From assembly GCA_964035545.1 (NCBI GenBank), contig OZ037771.1, forward strand, positions 1,685,628 to 1,749,627: a stretch of 64,000 nucleotides of DNA, read 5' to 3'. The notes under the pieces are model-generated. The model was given only the letters and a program-made list of their open reading frames with translations. It made no database searches and was not told the DNA's origin. Made by a program: the position numbers and the translations under genes. Source of the DNA: Bugula neritina. Its lineage: Eukaryota; Animalia; Bryozoa. Below, in pieces: positions 61,484 through 64,000 of the stretch (positions are counted from its first letter, which is position 1; each line of letters opens with the position of its first letter).

Positions 61484-64000
61484 ACAACCTAAACAACACA
61501 ATTCGCGTACACACTCAACAACATAAATACTGTGGAATAGTAATTATTGCTTAAAACCTTAACGTAACATTTTGAAACACTTTATATCAAAGAAATTTAA
61601 CGCTGATACATTTTATAATAAAAAAATGAATTACAATGCATGCAGAACTCATTGATTTTAAACTCAAATCAACATCAAATAAATAGAATGAAATAATAAA
61701 AATACATTAAAAACTTATACCAATACAACTAGTGCCATGATTAGCTACGTATTTGCAGAGTAATTAAAGTCACAATCAAAATAATCTTACCTTTAAAATG
61801 TTATTATTTCTTTAAACCTATTGAAATATTAAATTAAATTTACATCCTGGCTTTCAATTTTATTAATAATTATTATTAGAATTACATTTACTGAATCAAT
61901 GATCTATAGTAATAGTTACTTTATATCTAAAACAGTAACATAATATAAAATATATCATCAAAAATAGTAGCATTAGTACATGGTCACTATGTAGATACTT
62001 GTACTCATGATGGTGAAACTGAACACTACTATGATGATGATCATCATCATGACAGTTATAATAAAACAGTTTCACTTTGAAAATTGAAATTAAAAATTGC
62101 CATCATCATTCTGATTGTATTTATATAGAATATGTTTATAAAAGTATTTATATTGATATTAGAAACCGTATTGATTTTAAGCATTTGATATTTAACCCAG
62201 TGATTGAATATTACTTCTACCTATTTAATCTTATATAATATTTATTAAATTTAAAATAAATACAACTATCACTATAACTTGATATTTAGTTTCACTATGA
62301 CTATGAGTATTACTTTTACTATAACTATTAGTATTAGTATTAGTATAAGATTACGTAACACTAACAGTCAGTGGAACTGAAACTGTAATAATAATAAATA
62401 TAGTAATCGTAATGTTAATACTTATGGTAAACGTAATAGAAGACACTGAGCCATGCGTAAAACGGCTTGAGCTGTATCATACAGTGTGAGTGTATGAGTA
62501 TGATAGTGTATGGCAAACTGAAACTGCAAGAAATAAAATCAAGTTGAACATAAAATGTTTATTAATTCCTTTACCCGCAAAAATTAAAGCGGTTACAATG
62601 ACAAACAAAATGCTTAATAATAATTGAGAAAAAAACAAAATTGTTATAAAAGAATAGAATATTATTGTCAATAAATAAAACTTCAGTGAAGCAAGTTTAA
62701 AAGTGCAATTATTATAATGGAATGCAAACCGGAACAGATAAAGAAAGGTGTTTAATAGGTAAGGTCGAAAACACTTCTCAGTTCTACAACAATTTTATTG
62801 TGATGGTGATCGACATACACCCTAATACAAAGCTAGGGGCTACGCAGAAATCTCAGCTAAGTCACAGTTGAGTCTATGGGGTTGTGGCTAAATAAAAAAA
62901 TGAGAAGATAACTTGTGTTAGGATGAAACCTGCCAATGTTTTGCTTTTTAATAATTACGAAATCATTTAATTCTAATTATTGGAAATTTACAAGTTAAAA
63001 ACTAGTTTATAATTTAACCTAACGTCAAATTAGTGTAGGCTAATTTATATTCATAAACCCTACAAACTGAAAGCCTTACAATACTTTATTGTAATATATA
63101 TTACAATCATATTATATTGCAACTAGTGCTGTAGCATTATGGCCTATCAAGTCCCTGAAAACGCTTGAATCGGGCTACAAGGCATATAAAGTTAGTATGC
63201 ATGGTGTCAGCTAATATACAATATACAATATACAATATACATACCAGATTCTCGTCTCAAAGTGTTGAAAGATACTCAAATACGGTTTACTATTCTAACA
63301 TTTAAAATAGATGCTTTTGTTTTTTGTGCTATTTAAAAGAGTTGCTGTCAGACAGCATGGATAGCTAGGCTATGGGCCTCTTCATCATCTCTTTGGCATT
63401 TAAAATGTCTAAATTTTTTTGTTTTGCTAAACATTGATTATGTTGATAAAATTACCAAAAAAAACAAAATTTCTTATTTGTAAGAAATTCTACAATTTTT
63501 GGGAAACTTTTTAGTTTAATTTGTGAAATTTTCTAGTTTTATTGCATATAGATTTATTTCATAAACAATTTTAACATATATAGGCAGGTAACAATTACAA
63601 ATGTAAATATAATATACAGAATGCACAGAATGGAAGAATAAAACATTAATGGGGTGTGGGTGGGAGAGGTGGGGCTTTTTTTATTTATGTGAACGTTTAT
63701 TTAGAGCTGTCAAAGAAGTTATCCCCTCTCCTATTGCATCATTAAAACAACCTTCCAGTTTATCTGATATCAACTTTGATCTCTGAGTAGACTTGTCCTT
63801 TTCTTCATTTACTTTTATAAAATCTGCGCTGAGAGGTTGTTGAGAGATCTTCATCACAAGTAAATATGTTACCATAGCAGCTAACTAAAACAGTGGAATT
63901 TCCTGTTTATTAGAGTATTTATCTTACTTTAAGCGATATTTTGCTGCTCAAGAGAACTAAGAATTATGTACTTTAAACAGAATTTACTGATTACAGAATT

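Noticed and set aside
63120-63880. Possible minus-strand exons, including ORF 63681..63875
   Set aside because: Some splice-like signals, but no consistent exon chain or recognisable protein; needs the adjacent window.

Overview
AT-rich, intron-rich animal genomic DNA with GT-AG introns; probably an invertebrate, but the taxon cannot be fixed from sequence alone. I spliced gene models by hand and checked the phases. Homologue names rest on motif similarity recalled from memory, not on database searches. Eight protein-coding genes are supported: the 5' part of mitochondrial CLPB/Skd3 (-), SPATA18/Mieap (+), TRUB2 (-), LRRC43 (+), a DHRS11-like SDR (-), a POLR1G/RPA34-like gene (+) nested in a DHRS11 intron, mastermind (-) and PYROXD2 (-). 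There are also two copies of a MITE, two copies of a tRNA-derived SINE and many intronic minisatellites. Main observations: (1) cryptic 6-bp-periodic DNA (R-N-N-N-T-N) at five inferred promoter regions; (2) two paralogous Mieap coiled-coil exons whose direct junction spells TGA, suggesting mutually exclusive splicing, plus two alternative last exons; (3) minisatellites built from copies of the adjacent splice site; (4) TRUB2 with Ser at the catalytic Asp position; (5) a CpG/CCAAT/GC-box island inside mastermind, downstream of its Notch-binding exons. I saw no prokaryotic, CRISPR, rRNA or intact tRNA features.
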